Source of the DNA: a virus
Direction: 5' to 3' (one strand)
IMG/VR virus record: IMGVR_UViG_3300012984_000014
Coordinates: 32,001-96,000 of that record
Length of the DNA: 64,000 bases
Both the position numbers and the translations under genes were made by a program. This document shows, in pieces, positions 29,247 through 39,166 of this stretch (position 1 is its first letter; every line of letters starts with the position of its first letter). Below the pieces are notes generated by a model. It had not been told where the DNA came from and did not search any database. It was given only the letters and a program-made list of their open reading frames with translations.

Positions 29247-30376
29247 AGACGTTTCGCGGGACGATGATCAGTGATATTCATATGAGTAATCGGCTCATGG
29301 GCGCGCGCCCCGGACCGAACGGCGTGACGGACCGACTCCAGGACCAAATCGGCCTCTGGAAGAGGGTCCAAGAGTCGGCCCGCGAACACGGCTCCAAGGA
29401 CATCTTCATCCTTGGGGACCTATTTGACAAGTCGCTCGTGGACGCTATCACGCTGACGGCGACCGTCCGCGCGTTAGCAGAAGCGAGCGACATCACGCAC
29501 TGGATCCTCCCCGGGAATCACGACGCTGTGAACACCCGGGGAGGGCGCTTCACGGTCGAAGCCTTCGGCGAGATGGGCAACGACCGGATCCGCTACATGA
29601 AGACCGGCGAGCGCTACGGCTTCGGCGCGGGAGACTGGTGTGGATTCTGGCCATTGGAGTATGGCGACCAGGATCGATCGCGGGAGGCGTTGGAAGAGAT
29701 AAAGTTCAAGGCCAAATCCAAGAAGGAGCCTTGGGGGCAAGAGAACCTGCTGCTTCACCACAGTATCGTCGGTTGCAAGTTCGCCGATTGGGTTTGTGAC
29801 GACGGATTGGAAGCTGCCGAGGTATGCGATGGATTCGATTGGGTATACAGCGGCCACTTTCATGACACCCAGGAATTCGGCCACCGTGGAATGTATCTCG
29901 GAGCTCCGATGCACCATCGCTTCGAGGATGCGGGGCGTCCGGCAGGTTTCTGGAACATGACTTGGGACAGCAAGGGCGGCTGCTTGAAGGACTTCATGGA
30001 CGGTGCTTGCCCGCGGTTCCACGAAACAGAAGGCATTCTGGAAGATGTTCCGACCGGAGCCAATCTGGGCGACTACATCCGGCTCAACGTGACAGCGACG
30101 ACGGCCGGTTGGGAGGACGTCAAGGCGGACGTTCGGGCGCGTGTCGAGGCTTGGAATAAGGCCGGCTACCGCGCGAGCTTCAAGCACAAGCCGGTCTACC
30201 ACCATTCACGTCGCATCTCGGCGACGGAAGCGAAGAAGACAGGCGGGATGAGCGTGGAAGCGATGATGTCGGCATACGTGGAGTCGCCAGACGTCGACAC
30301 GACCGGGCTGGACCTCGCGCGGCTCCGTCGGATCGGGCGCGAAGCGCTCGAAGCCGCGAAAGCGAAGGTGCTGTGA
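29243..30376 (+). CDS. sbcD: SbcD/Mre11-like metallophosphoesterase nuclease
   Basis: ISDIH, LGDLFD, PGNHD, LLHH, SGHFH. Confidence 0.9.
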   Translation: MKTFRGTMISDIHMSNRLMGARPGPNGVTDRLQDQIGLWKRVQESAREHGSKDIFILGDLFDKSLVDAITLTATVRALAEASDITHWILPGNHDAVNTRGGRFTVEAFGEMGNDRIRYMKTGERYGFGAGDWCGFWPLEYGDQDRSREALEEIKFKAKSKKEPWGQENLLLHHSIVGCKFADWVCDDGLEAAEVCDGFDWVYSGHFHDTQEFGHRGMYLGAPMHHRFEDAGRPAGFWNMTWDSKGGCLKDFMDGACPRFHETEGILEDVPTGANLGDYIRLNVTATTAGWEDVKADVRARVEAWNKAGYRASFKHKPVYHHSRRISATEAKKTGGMSVEAMMSAYVESPDVDTTGLDLARLRRIGREALEAAKAKVL

Positions 30377-32265
30377 TGGGGCTCATCAGCATTGAGGCCG
30401 AGGACTTCTGCAGCTATCAGACGCTGAAGCTCAAGCTTCGAAAACGTGGCCTCGTTTGGATCGGCGGCGAGAACGAAGACACAGCGGCCGCCGCGTCGAA
30501 CGGTTCCGGGAAGACCACGCTGTTCAAGGCTGTAAGTTGGGGAACGTACGGCAAGACCGTGGACGAGCGCGACGGCGATCAAGTGATCCGCTTCGGCCAG
30601 AAGTGCGCCAAAGTGACCTGTCGCTACACGGACGGTTACGTGTCTCTTCGCGAGCGTCGCAAGGGCAGCCCGAAGCTGTTTCTATGGAAGGGCGAGGAGG
30701 AGATCAAGGGCTCGAAGGAGGAGCTTCAGGCTCGCATCGACGCGCTGATGGGACAGGACTGGCAGACGTTCAGGAACGTCTCGCTGTATGGCCAGCGGGA
30801 CAACAAGCGCTTCATCCACCCCGAGACGAGCGACAAGGAGCGCAAGGACGTCCTCCACCGCATACTCCGGACGGGCATCTATTCGGTGGCGCACAAATGG
30901 GTCCAGGAGGAGGCGCTGAAGCTCAAGCGGGCCGCGGACGCGCTGCAGGTCGAAGTCGACAAGGCGATGGCGCGCCTGGAAGAGTACGACCTGGAAGACC
31001 TGGAGCGTCAGCGCGACGAATGGGAAGAGTCACGGAAGCGCCGCGTCAACGCGCAGAAGACGACCGCGCGCGGCTTCGTCGATGCTGCCAAGGAAACGCT
31101 CAAGGAGGCAGGCGACCTCCCGGCGTTGGAGACTCGGCTGGCAGGATTGCTCGCCAAGCAGCCTGCTGTCAAAGCGTTGCAGGGCGAGCTGGAGGCGCTA
31201 GAGACGGCCGATGAGGAGATCGGCGACCGCCTCGCGGCCGCTCACACCAAGTCCGTAGCAGCGGCGGCGAGCCTCCAAGCCCTGGAGAAGCAGCGCGCCA
31301 AGCTCGAAACCGAGGACGGCACCTGCCCGCTCTGCTCGGGCGACATGACGGCGGGCTCCGCGGCGGAGCACGTGGCCGAGCTGGACGCACAGCTTGAAAA
31401 GGACCGGAAGGCCCTGAAGAAGCTTCAGGCCGCGGAGTCGATGATCGCGACCGAATCGAGGGCGCACGGCGACGCGATGACCACCAAGCGCGCCGCGCTG
31501 AAGCGCCTCCGCGCGGATTTGGAAGACCTCTCCGATGCCCAGGCGGCCGTCAACGACGCCAAGCGCGCGTCCGAGCGCGCTGCCGAACAGAAGGCCCAGG
31601 CGCGCGCCGCGCTCGACCTGGCAAAGGAGATCGCGGCCGAAGTCAATCCGCTCACGGAGCAGATGGAGCGCGCGCGGGAGCGCTCCAAGAAGGCGATCGA
31701 GGCGCGCGACGCGGCCAAGCTGTCGCTCGGAGTCACGGCGGAGGAGCGGGCGCACTACGAGTTCTGGACCAAGGGCTTCAGCCCCTCGGGCTGCCCGTCG
31801 TTCTCGCTTGACGCCGTGATGCCGTCGCTCACCGAGCGCACCAACTACTACCTCGAAACGCTCGCCGACGGGGACATCACGATGAACTTCAGCACCCAGC
31901 GCGAGCTGAAGAGCGCCAAGGGCGAATTCCGCGACGAGATTGGAATGGAATGGGAGATAGAGGGCGTTCCCGGACACGAGCCGAGCGGAGGCCAGTGGAA
32001 GAAGATGGAGATTGCCTGCAACTTCGCGCTCGTGGACCTCGTGGCGTCCCAAGAGGGCGCCCAATCAGACCTCCTCCTGCTGGACGAGGTGTTCGACGGC
32101 CTGGACCCGGAGGGCGTCGACCGCGTTGGGATCCTCCTGCAGAAGCTCCGTTCAGAGCGGAGCACGATCATGGTCGTCTCGCACGCGCAGAACATGCAGG
32201 AGTGGTTCGAGCGCGCGCTGATGGTGAAGAAGTTCGGCGGAATCAGCAGCTGCGACGTGGCGTGA
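30376..32265 (+). CDS. sbcC: SbcC/Rad50-like SMC ATPase
   Basis: SNGSGKTT, coiled coil, CPLC zinc hook, PSGGQ signature, LLLDEVFDGLD, VVSH. Confidence 0.92.
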   Translation: MGLISIEAEDFCSYQTLKLKLRKRGLVWIGGENEDTAAAASNGSGKTTLFKAVSWGTYGKTVDERDGDQVIRFGQKCAKVTCRYTDGYVSLRERRKGSPKLFLWKGEEEIKGSKEELQARIDALMGQDWQTFRNVSLYGQRDNKRFIHPETSDKERKDVLHRILRTGIYSVAHKWVQEEALKLKRAADALQVEVDKAMARLEEYDLEDLERQRDEWEESRKRRVNAQKTTARGFVDAAKETLKEAGDLPALETRLAGLLAKQPAVKALQGELEALETADEEIGDRLAAAHTKSVAAAASLQALEKQRAKLETEDGTCPLCSGDMTAGSAAEHVAELDAQLEKDRKALKKLQAAESMIATESRAHGDAMTTKRAALKRLRADLEDLSDAQAAVNDAKRASERAAEQKAQARAALDLAKEIAAEVNPLTEQMERARERSKKAIEARDAAKLSLGVTAEERAHYEFWTKGFSPSGCPSFSLDAVMPSLTERTNYYLETLADGDITMNFSTQRELKSAKGEFRDEIGMEWEIEGVPGHEPSGGQWKKMEIACNFALVDLVASQEGAQSDLLLLDEVFDGLDPEGVDRVGILLQKLRSERSTIMVVSHAQNMQEWFERALMVKKFGGISSCDVA

Positions 32266-32321
32266 TTCAGCGCCTATTGGTCCGGGCCGCCTACTTCGGG
32301 CGGTCCAACCAAGGAGACCAA

Positions 32322-32930
32322 ATGAGCATTCGTAGGAAGACCAAGACCAAGAAGAAGGCCGCGGAGAAGCCCAACAAGCTCGTGCGCGCGACGTTCGGCG
32401 ACCTGTACATGTTCGGCTACCCGAAGCACCGGGCCGAGAAGCAGGTGCTGACCGTGTATGGGGCGATCGTGGGTGAGCACGCCTTCGTCTTCGCCAAGCA
32501 CACCCGCTTCGGCAACACACCGTCGCTGGCCAAGATCCGACCGGCCAACCAGGTCTTCAAGACGAAGGAGCAGTGCCTGCTCGCCCAAAAGCCGGTCAAC
32601 GGTTGGGCGTGGGACAACAGCGATTCGGCCTTGGTCCCGGTCAAGCTCACGCTCAACTCGGACAACACCTACACGGTCCACAACGTCGATGGGAATCGGC
32701 GCTACTGGAACCGAGGCTTCACGACCAAGCGCGCGGCCATCGCTCACGCGCTGAAGGACGCGAACGAGAACCTGGAGCGCGAGACCAAGGACTATGTCAA
32801 GATCCGCAACAAGGTGAAGGCGCTCAAGGCCGCGCTCCGCCGCGCGCCGAAGGAGCGCGCGCCGCGCAAGCCGAAGCGCAAGACGGTCGCAGACCAGATG
32901 GTGTCCTTCGGGCTCTTGCGTCGGAACTAG
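32322..32930 (+). CDS. Basic hypothetical protein
   Basis: AAGGAG SD before ATG 32322; core codon usage. Confidence 0.65.
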   Translation: MSIRRKTKTKKKAAEKPNKLVRATFGDLYMFGYPKHRAEKQVLTVYGAIVGEHAFVFAKHTRFGNTPSLAKIRPANQVFKTKEQCLLAQKPVNGWAWDNSDSALVPVKLTLNSDNTYTVHNVDGNRRYWNRGFTTKRAAIAHALKDANENLERETKDYVKIRNKVKALKAALRRAPKERAPRKPKRKTVADQMVSFGLLRRN

Positions 32931-32932
32931 CG

Positions 32933-33295
32933 ATGAGCGTTGAAGTCTCCGACGGCCCGATGGACTGCCCCAATTGCGGGGCAGACATGGTTGAAGACGC
33001 CAGAGAACGAACGATTCGCATCGTGTTCTCCGGGCCCGAGGAGGCCGACGAAATGGAAGTGGACGCGGGCGAGTCGGATCTGATCCGCTGGGTCTGCGAA
33101 GGGTGCGGATACAAAGAGACGACCGAGCAACGTGGAGAATCCAATGACGAAGAAGACGAAGAAGACGACGAAGGTGGAGAAGCCAGTCGGAGTGACGCTG
33201 TACTTCGAGGACAAGGCTCTGGTGGCGAAGTTGGTCAAGCGCGTCCCGGGGAAGAATTACAAGCGCGCACAAGACGCCATCGAAGAGGTTTTTGA
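32933..33295 (+). CDS. Zinc-ribbon protein
   Basis: CPNCG...CEGCG; 3' part overlaps next gene. Confidence 0.5.
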   Translation: MSVEVSDGPMDCPNCGADMVEDARERTIRIVFSGPEEADEMEVDAGESDLIRWVCEGCGYKETTEQRGESNDEEDEEDDEGGEASRSDAVLRGQGSGGEVGQARPGEELQARTRRHRRGF

Positions 33296-33659
33296 GCGAA
33301 GGTTTGGGAAAGCGCGTGTTGCCCACGTACGCGGATCGACGAAGACGCAGGCGCCAGATGCCACGGCTGCGGATGCTGAAATCATTGCTTCAAATCTTTT
33401 CCATGTGGACGTTATCAGCCTTTCCTACAAGCGGCCAGAGGAGGTCTCTGTGCCGACAAAGAACGTCGGGCACAAGTCTGCAATCGAATCTCTGGGGAGA
33501 GATGTCGAAAGCCTCGACAGAGACATCAAGTCCAACACGGAAGACATTGCGCGTTACGAGAAGATCATTGACGAAAAACGGCAATTCTTGGACGTGTACA
33601 AACAATCTCGTCTGGAATTGTTGGAAGCAATCAAGACGCTGAAGGCTCTGAAGGCGTGA
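33144..33659 (+). CDS. Hypothetical coiled-coil protein
   Basis: GGAG SD; coupled to ruvC-like gene. Confidence 0.6.
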   Translation: MTKKTKKTTKVEKPVGVTLYFEDKALVAKLVKRVPGKNYKRAQDAIEEVFERRFGKARVAHVRGSTKTQAPDATAADAEIIASNLFHVDVISLSYKRPEEVSVPTKNVGHKSAIESLGRDVESLDRDIKSNTEDIARYEKIIDEKRQFLDVYKQSRLELLEAIKTLKALKA

Positions 33660-34471
33660 AGGCCATCGGCTTCGACATCTCGCTGAACCACGGCGCCGCG
33701 TACGAGCTGACCAACGGAAAACCCACGTGGTTCAGCTACTACACGGTGGCCGCGGGTGTCGCGGCCAACAGCCCGTTTGGGCACCGACTCCCCGCGCCTC
33801 CGACCAAGAAGAAGGGAGGCGATGAAGTCGACCTTCAACCATATCGTGTCCAGCGCCTGGCGTGGATCGAGAGTTGGATTGACAAGACGGTGCTCGTGGC
33901 GCGACGTCCAGACTTCGTGGGGATCGAGGACTACGCGCTGCGAGCGGAGCAGGGGGCGCATCAACTGGGCGAGGTCGGCGGGATCGCCCGAATCCTGTTC
34001 TGGTTTCGGGGAGTCTACTTCCGAAAGCATGACCCAATCAGCGTGAAGCTGTTCGTGGCGCACGACGGAACCGCCCAGAAAGACCTGATCGAGGAGTGTG
34101 CCCGGAAGCGCTGGGGGATCGATCACAGCGACGTCAACGCCGAGCCTCCGCCCGGGAAGAAGCAGAACAGGACCACATCCGAGGACTTGGCGGACGCCTT
34201 CGGAATTGCCAAACTCGTGGACGTGGAACACCGGATCCGCTCCGGCAAACTCCGCCTTCAGGATCTGGAGCACGACAAGGAGCGGCAGGTGTTCAATCGG
34301 GTGACGAAGACCTACCCGGTGAGCCTCATCGGGCGTGAGTGGATTCGGAATCCGGCGGGCTCGTACGGATCGCCCGACGCGGTGAAGATTCGGCTCCAGG
34401 CAGAGATCGCTCGCACTAGCAAACGCAACCCTAAACTAGCGGCCTACCTCGACAGAATTCTGAAGGGATAA
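33656..34471 (+). CDS. ruvC: RuvC-like Holliday junction resolvase
   Basis: IGFDISL, VGIEDY, DLADAFGIA acidic triad. Confidence 0.75.
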   Translation: MKAIGFDISLNHGAAYELTNGKPTWFSYYTVAAGVAANSPFGHRLPAPPTKKKGGDEVDLQPYRVQRLAWIESWIDKTVLVARRPDFVGIEDYALRAEQGAHQLGEVGGIARILFWFRGVYFRKHDPISVKLFVAHDGTAQKDLIEECARKRWGIDHSDVNAEPPPGKKQNRTTSEDLADAFGIAKLVDVEHRIRSGKLRLQDLEHDKERQVFNRVTKTYPVSLIGREWIRNPAGSYGSPDAVKIRLQAEIARTSKRNPKLAAYLDRILKG

Positions 34472-34474
34472 GCC

Positions 34475-34765
34475 ATGCCGAGCCAGTGGGGCAAAGACAA
34501 GAAATGCCCATCTTGTGGAGTTAGCTACAAGAAGTTCAGAACTGGTCTGCGTTTCTCTGATATTGTCCAATGGTTTTGGATAAATGACACTGATAGTTCG
34601 CTTTGGCGCTACAAGCGCCGTCGGACCATTCTCGGTGCCTGGCACGGTGCCAAGAAGGAAGGCTGGGAGCTCCACAAGCAAGAGTGCTACCTGCAGCGGC
34701 TCCACGACGACGCGCGCGAGCCCGAGCAACCCAACTTTGCTACCATCGAAGGCGTACCATTTTGA
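34475..34765 (+). CDS. Hypothetical protein (CPSC)
   Basis: Fits between coupled genes; AT-richer. Confidence 0.5.
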   Translation: MPSQWGKDKKCPSCGVSYKKFRTGLRFSDIVQWFWINDTDSSLWRYKRRRTILGAWHGAKKEGWELHKQECYLQRLHDDAREPEQPNFATIEGVPF

Positions 34766-35655
34766 AAGCTGACAACCTCATAATCGACGGGCGACACCTC
34801 CTGTTTCGTTGCTCCGATGCCTTCCGTGAGCTAGTGGCCGATGGCGTCGGGACGGGTGGCGTGTACGGCTTCTTGGCAGCGGCGATGCGCGTCCACTCGC
34901 GCTACGGCGGCAAGACCAGGGTGGCGTGGGAAGGCAAGGGCAACTTCCGCCTCAAGTTGTACCCCCACTACAAGAAGAAGGACGAGGTGGACCCCGAGCG
35001 CGAGCGGATCCGGTCCGAGATGACACGCCAGCAGAAGGTACTGGAGAAGCTCCTGCAAGCACTCGGAGTCGACCAGCACTGGGGCGTCGGATGCGAGGCT
35101 GACGACGTCATCGGACGGCTCGCGCATACCGCGTCCGGGACAGTCGTGATCTACACCGGTGACTCCGACCTCCGACAACTCATCGACCCCGAGGGGCGCG
35201 TCACGGTCGTCTCGCCGGGCTTCAAGACCGACACGGCCTATGCCTGGGAGGACGTGATCAAGCGGCACGGCGTTCCGCCGAACCTCCTGGCGCAGCTCAA
35301 GGCCATCGCCGGTGACACGTCGGACGCCATCCCGGGCGCCCCTGGAGTTGGTGACAAGACGGCCGCAAAGCTCCTCAACCACTACGGATCGCTGGCGGCC
35401 GTGCTCCAAGCGGCGGAGGCCGAAGACGCGCTATGGCCCGAGACTCCGCGCCGCTGCAAGATCATCAAGGCTGCTGCCAACGACATCCGTCTGTACTACC
35501 AGTTGACCAGGGTGCGACGGACAATGCCTTGCCGCAAGCTGGTGGGCGCGCGCAGCCAGAAGGCCGTGCTGGAGCAGTTCAAGGAGCTCAAATTCAGGTC
35601 GCTCAGCTACCCGGCGGAGTTGTCCGCGCTGCTGGCCATGGGAGGGCCAAAGTGA
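34762..35655 (+). CDS. 5'-3' exonuclease / flap endonuclease
   Basis: IIDGRHLLFR, YK, EADDVIG, TGDSDL, GDTSDAIPGAPGVGDKTA. Confidence 0.92.
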   Translation: MKADNLIIDGRHLLFRCSDAFRELVADGVGTGGVYGFLAAAMRVHSRYGGKTRVAWEGKGNFRLKLYPHYKKKDEVDPERERIRSEMTRQQKVLEKLLQALGVDQHWGVGCEADDVIGRLAHTASGTVVIYTGDSDLRQLIDPEGRVTVVSPGFKTDTAYAWEDVIKRHGVPPNLLAQLKAIAGDTSDAIPGAPGVGDKTAAKLLNHYGSLAAVLQAAEAEDALWPETPRRCKIIKAAANDIRLYYQLTRVRRTMPCRKLVGARSQKAVLEQFKELKFRSLSYPAELSALLAMGGPK

Positions 35656-35942
35656 GTGATGCGACTCACATAGCCGGCCTGGGGCTTGTGATTGGCGGTC
35701 GATTTGCTAGGCAGCGATGCGCGTGGTGCGGCGAGATTCTTGTGGATGAGGATGCGGAGTTGATGGCCACTACGGATCCGACTCCGCGCGACCCGTGTTG
35801 GCCGATCAATTCGCTCATTCGGGTCACAAAAGGAAAGGGCGTTACGGGCTACGAACAGTTGGGGCATGCGGATTCGCTTCCTGTGGATTGTTGCGCTTAT
35901 TCTGGAACGCGAACCCCTCCAAAACTGGAACTTGTGAAATGA
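35652..35942 (+). CDS. Hypothetical protein (CAWC)
   Basis: GTGA overlap start. Confidence 0.5.
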   Translation: MSDATHIAGLGLVIGGRFARQRCAWCGEILVDEDAELMATTDPTPRDPCWPINSLIRVTKGKGVTGYEQLGHADSLPVDCCAYSGTRTPPKLELVK

Positions 35943-36532
35943 CCATTGCAGGCAGAAACTCACTTCCCGGCGAAACGCCTGGCGACAAGATCATCAGAAT
36001 CGTGAAGAGCTATGACGGCTGTTCGCTGAAGCATGAGGCCGACCGACTCGGGAAGCTCGTGGCGCGCGGCGTTGATTCGCCTTCGGACGTCGTTGGAATC
36101 CGAACCAACTGCGGAATGTTCGCGCTGGGAATCTGGGCGGAGGCCGGCGTGGACAGTCCGATCCTGGACAGGAAGTACGTCAACGGCGCGGCCATCTCCT
36201 GGTGCGTTCAGATCGGCATCGACCGCGGCGCGCTCGTGAAGTACACCGACGGCGGTCTCAAGCCTCGGCGCGGCGCGCTTCTTCACTACAAGGCGCCGGG
36301 CGAGAACGATGACCACGTGGAATTCTTGCTGTCAGACATCGATGAGCACTGGAACGCTGTTCACGGCGGCGGCGGTCGAGCCGACAACGCCATCACAGTC
36401 TCGAAGGCTCCTGGCGTCGTGCTTTGGAACAATGGCAGGAAGCTGTTCCAATTCTGGAACCCCGACAAGTTGGGCATCGAGGTGGTGGGCGTCGGTAGCG
36501 ACATCAACGATGCCTATCCGGACGACACTTGA
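35939..36532 (+). CDS. CHAP/NlpC-P60-like Cys-His hydrolase (possible peptidoglycan hydrolase)
   Basis: TNCGMF and RGALLHY...DHVEF. Confidence 0.5.
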   Translation: MTIAGRNSLPGETPGDKIIRIVKSYDGCSLKHEADRLGKLVARGVDSPSDVVGIRTNCGMFALGIWAEAGVDSPILDRKYVNGAAISWCVQIGIDRGALVKYTDGGLKPRRGALLHYKAPGENDDHVEFLLSDIDEHWNAVHGGGGRADNAITVSKAPGVVLWNNGRKLFQFWNPDKLGIEVVGVGSDINDAYPDDT

Positions 36533-37125
36533 TCCGTTTGAAGTTGCTCGACAAGCTCGAAGAGCAGTGGAAAGGATGCCAAGCTTGCGGCCTCCATCGA
36601 GGCCGCGGGCGAATCGTTCACTGGCGAGGTAGTCCGAGCGCGCCGTTGTTCGTCATCGGCGAGGCACCAAGCGGTGACGACGATGCTGAAGGCCTGCCGT
36701 TCGTTGGCAGGTCTGGGCATATGGTCGACCTGATCCTAAAACAGGCAGGGCTTGGCAACGATCACGTCTTCATGACTCATTCGGTCGGATGCCACCCGCC
36801 AGGCGGTCGGGCGCCGGACCAAGAAGAGATCCAGGCATGCTCGAACCGTCTTCAGATTCTTCTGCGGATAGTTCGGCCGCGAGCCGTCCTGCTGTTTGGA
36901 TTCGTCGGTGCAAAGCTTGCGGGAATCCAATCTGTGGCAGCGAGCCGGGGCCAACAGTCCAGCCTGGATATGCCATGTTACGATGGGCGTATGCGCTCTT
37001 GGCCCGCGATCGTCACGTGGTCTCCAGGATTCCTAATCCGGTCCGGCGGCCAAGGCTCTCCTAGGTTTCAAGAGTCGTTGTCTGACGTTGTGACGGCGTG
37101 GAAGTTAGCAAATTCAGTCGAATGA
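36529..37125 (+). CDS. Family-4 uracil-DNA glycosylase-like protein with altered active site
   Basis: CQAC, IGEAPS, GLPFVGRSG, GCHPP, EIQAC; THSV and TWSP replace canonical TN and HP. Confidence 0.8.
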   Translation: MIRLKLLDKLEEQWKGCQACGLHRGRGRIVHWRGSPSAPLFVIGEAPSGDDDAEGLPFVGRSGHMVDLILKQAGLGNDHVFMTHSVGCHPPGGRAPDQEEIQACSNRLQILLRIVRPRAVLLFGFVGAKLAGIQSVAASRGQQSSLDMPCYDGRMRSWPAIVTWSPGFLIRSGGQGSPRFQESLSDVVTAWKLANSVE

Positions 37126-37592
37126 CTGGCGTTTACCAGATACGTTGCAAGGCCAACGGGCGCCGTTACGTCGGAAGCTCTCTGGATATCAAGCGCCGTT
37201 GGAAGGAGCACAGAAGCGACCTGAGGAAAAGAAGGCATTGCAACGCGCGCCTCCAAAACGCTTGGAACAAATACGGCGAAAGAGCTTTTGAGTTCAAGCT
37301 CATCCAACTTACGAGCGTGGCGGAGTTGATTCCCGCTGAGAAGCTCTGGTTTTGGCTGCTCCAACCAGAGATGAACATCCAGACGGACATTGGGCGCCCG
37401 CCGATGCTTGGGAAGACGCACACGGAAGAGACACGGGCCAAGCTCAGAGCCTGGGCCCACTCTCCGGAGGGACGCTTGGCGTGTTCTGGCGGAAAGGGCG
37501 TGGCCCAAAGCCTAGAACACAAACGGAATATGGGGCGCGCGTTGAAAAAGGCTTGGGAGCGGCGGAGAAGGAATTCAGCTGCGTTGGCCTAG
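37122..37592 (+). mobile_element. Free-standing GIY-YIG homing endonuclease with NUMOD3 repeats
   Basis: GVYQI...YVGSS.DI..RW.EH; GKTHTEETRAKL. Confidence 0.85.
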
Positions 37593-37616
37593 AACGGTTA
37601 TTATCGTTCCCAACGC

Positions 37617-38198
37617 ATGATCCTCTCTGACAAACACCTGAAACGCGCACTAGCCAAAGGCGACCTGGTAGTTGAACCGCTGAAAAGCGCGGCCATTCAA
37701 CCGGCGTCAATCGACCTGACGTTGGGCGATGAGTTCATGCATTGGCCCAGAGAGAGGACGTTCCGCGGCGCCATCGACATGGCGGACGCGGCGTTGAAAT
37801 CGCCTCCGATGGAGCGCGTCATCGTCGGGAACGGAGCTCCGTTCGAGCTGTTCCCGGGCGCGTTCGCGCTTGCGACGACTGAAGAGAAGATCGGATTGGA
37901 TCCGGGCCTCTGCGCGCGCGTCGAAGGCCGGAGCTCAATTGGCCGCTTTGGGTTGATGGTCCACGCGACCGCGGGTTTCATTGATCCGGGGTTCGCAGGC
38001 AAGATCACGCTCGAAATGTACAACTTGAGTCCGCATGTGATCCGTCTTTACCCGGGCCAATCCATCTGCCAGATTGCGGTGTCCGCCATGAGCAGCCCTG
38101 CCGAGCGACCGTATGGCGCAGCGCGCGGTTCTAAGTATCAGGGCCAAGATGGCGTTGCGGCCAGCCGATGGAAGGGGATTGGTGATGGGAATCCTTGA
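37617..38198 (+). CDS. dcd: dCTP deaminase
   Basis: ILSD, IQPASIDL, ARVEGRSSIGR, AGFIDPGF.GKITLE. Confidence 0.93.
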   Translation: MILSDKHLKRALAKGDLVVEPLKSAAIQPASIDLTLGDEFMHWPRERTFRGAIDMADAALKSPPMERVIVGNGAPFELFPGAFALATTEEKIGLDPGLCARVEGRSSIGRFGLMVHATAGFIDPGFAGKITLEMYNLSPHVIRLYPGQSICQIAVSAMSSPAERPYGAARGSKYQGQDGVAASRWKGIGDGNP

Positions 38199-38385
38199 CG
38201 CCTTCATGATCAAGGGTGACAAGAAGCCGTACTGCACTGCGGCCCAGCTTGGGCTCTTTAAGAAGTCGCGCGCGGGCGGGTTGACCAGCTTCTTCCGGAC
38301 CGCGAATTGTTGCATTTGTGGCACTGAGGTTCCGAAGTCAAAGACGTTCTGCAGCATGGAATGCTGGGAAAAGAGAGCAAAGTAA
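38185..38385 (+). CDS. Small zinc-finger protein
   Basis: CCICG...FCSMEC. Confidence 0.5.
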   Translation: MGILDAFMIKGDKKPYCTAAQLGLFKKSRAGGLTSFFRTANCCICGTEVPKSKTFCSMECWEKRAK

Positions 38386-38387
38386 AG

Positions 38388-38633
38388 ATGGCATCAGCAA
38401 AGAAACGCCCCAAGGGTCAATGGATCGATGACCTCCACGGCGCCGTGGGCGACTTCATCAGGATCGAGACGGCCGTGGGTGTGAACAGAGGCGGGAAGCT
38501 CTCCGGAATTCGTACCCGTACCATCGAGTTCAACGGAGAAAAGCAGGACATTCCGACCGAGTTGGAGTTGAACGGCGACCCAACGGACACTGTTAATATC
38601 TCCAGCTTGGTAAAAATTTCCATAGGAACTTGA
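38388..38633 (+). CDS. Hypothetical protein
   Basis: ATG 3 nt after upstream stop. Confidence 0.55.
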   Translation: MASAKKRPKGQWIDDLHGAVGDFIRIETAVGVNRGGKLSGIRTRTIEFNGEKQDIPTELELNGDPTDTVNISSLVKISIGT

Positions 38634-38670
38634 AAAAGTTCTCGACTCTGTAACTGATTCAGGCTATGGT
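38600..38670 (+). promoter_or_regulatory. Phage promoter family copy 2
   Basis: AAAAAGTTC-TCGACT-17 nt-TATGGT. Confidence 0.7.
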
Positions 38671-38680
38671 TGAGGCTTCT

Positions 38681-39166
38681 ATGAGCTGCGGAGTCTACAG
38701 AATCGTGTGCTTGGCGAACGGTCGATGCTACATCGGCTCAAGTCAGCGCATCGAGCTGCGCTGGGGCGAACACAAGAGCGAGCTTCGCTCCGGCGTCCAT
38801 CACAGTCGACACCTGCAGCGCTGCTGGGCCAAGTACGGGGAAGACCGGTTCAAGTTCGAGGTCCTAGAGTTGGTCGACGGCGACCCGCTTGCGGCCGAGC
38901 AACGCTGGCTGGACCAGGAGCGGCCTGAGCTCAACGGAACGTTCAATGCGGTGGCTCCGTGGCGAGGAAAACGGCTTTCGGCGGAGCATCGCGCCAAGAT
39001 CAGCGCCAGCCACAAGGGGCGAGTCGGGCCGTGGCTTGGGAAGAAGCGCCCCGACCTCGGGGCGAAAGTCGGCGCGGCGCTTCGCGGCCGAACGCTCCCG
39101 GAAACGACGCGCGCTAAGATGCGCGCTGCTTGGGCACGTAGGAAAGCACTTCAAAAGGAGAATTAG
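38681..39166 (+). mobile_element. Second free-standing GIY-YIG homing endonuclease with NUMOD3 repeats
   Basis: GVYRI...YIGSS.RI..RW.EH; GKRLSAEHRAKIS; ATG 38666 lies inside the -10 box so 38681 preferred. Confidence 0.85.

Noticed and set aside
32933-33295. 152-nt overlap of two + strand ORFs as a programmed frameshift
   Set aside because: No slippery heptamer seen and the downstream gene has its own SD; simple stop-codon drift is more likely
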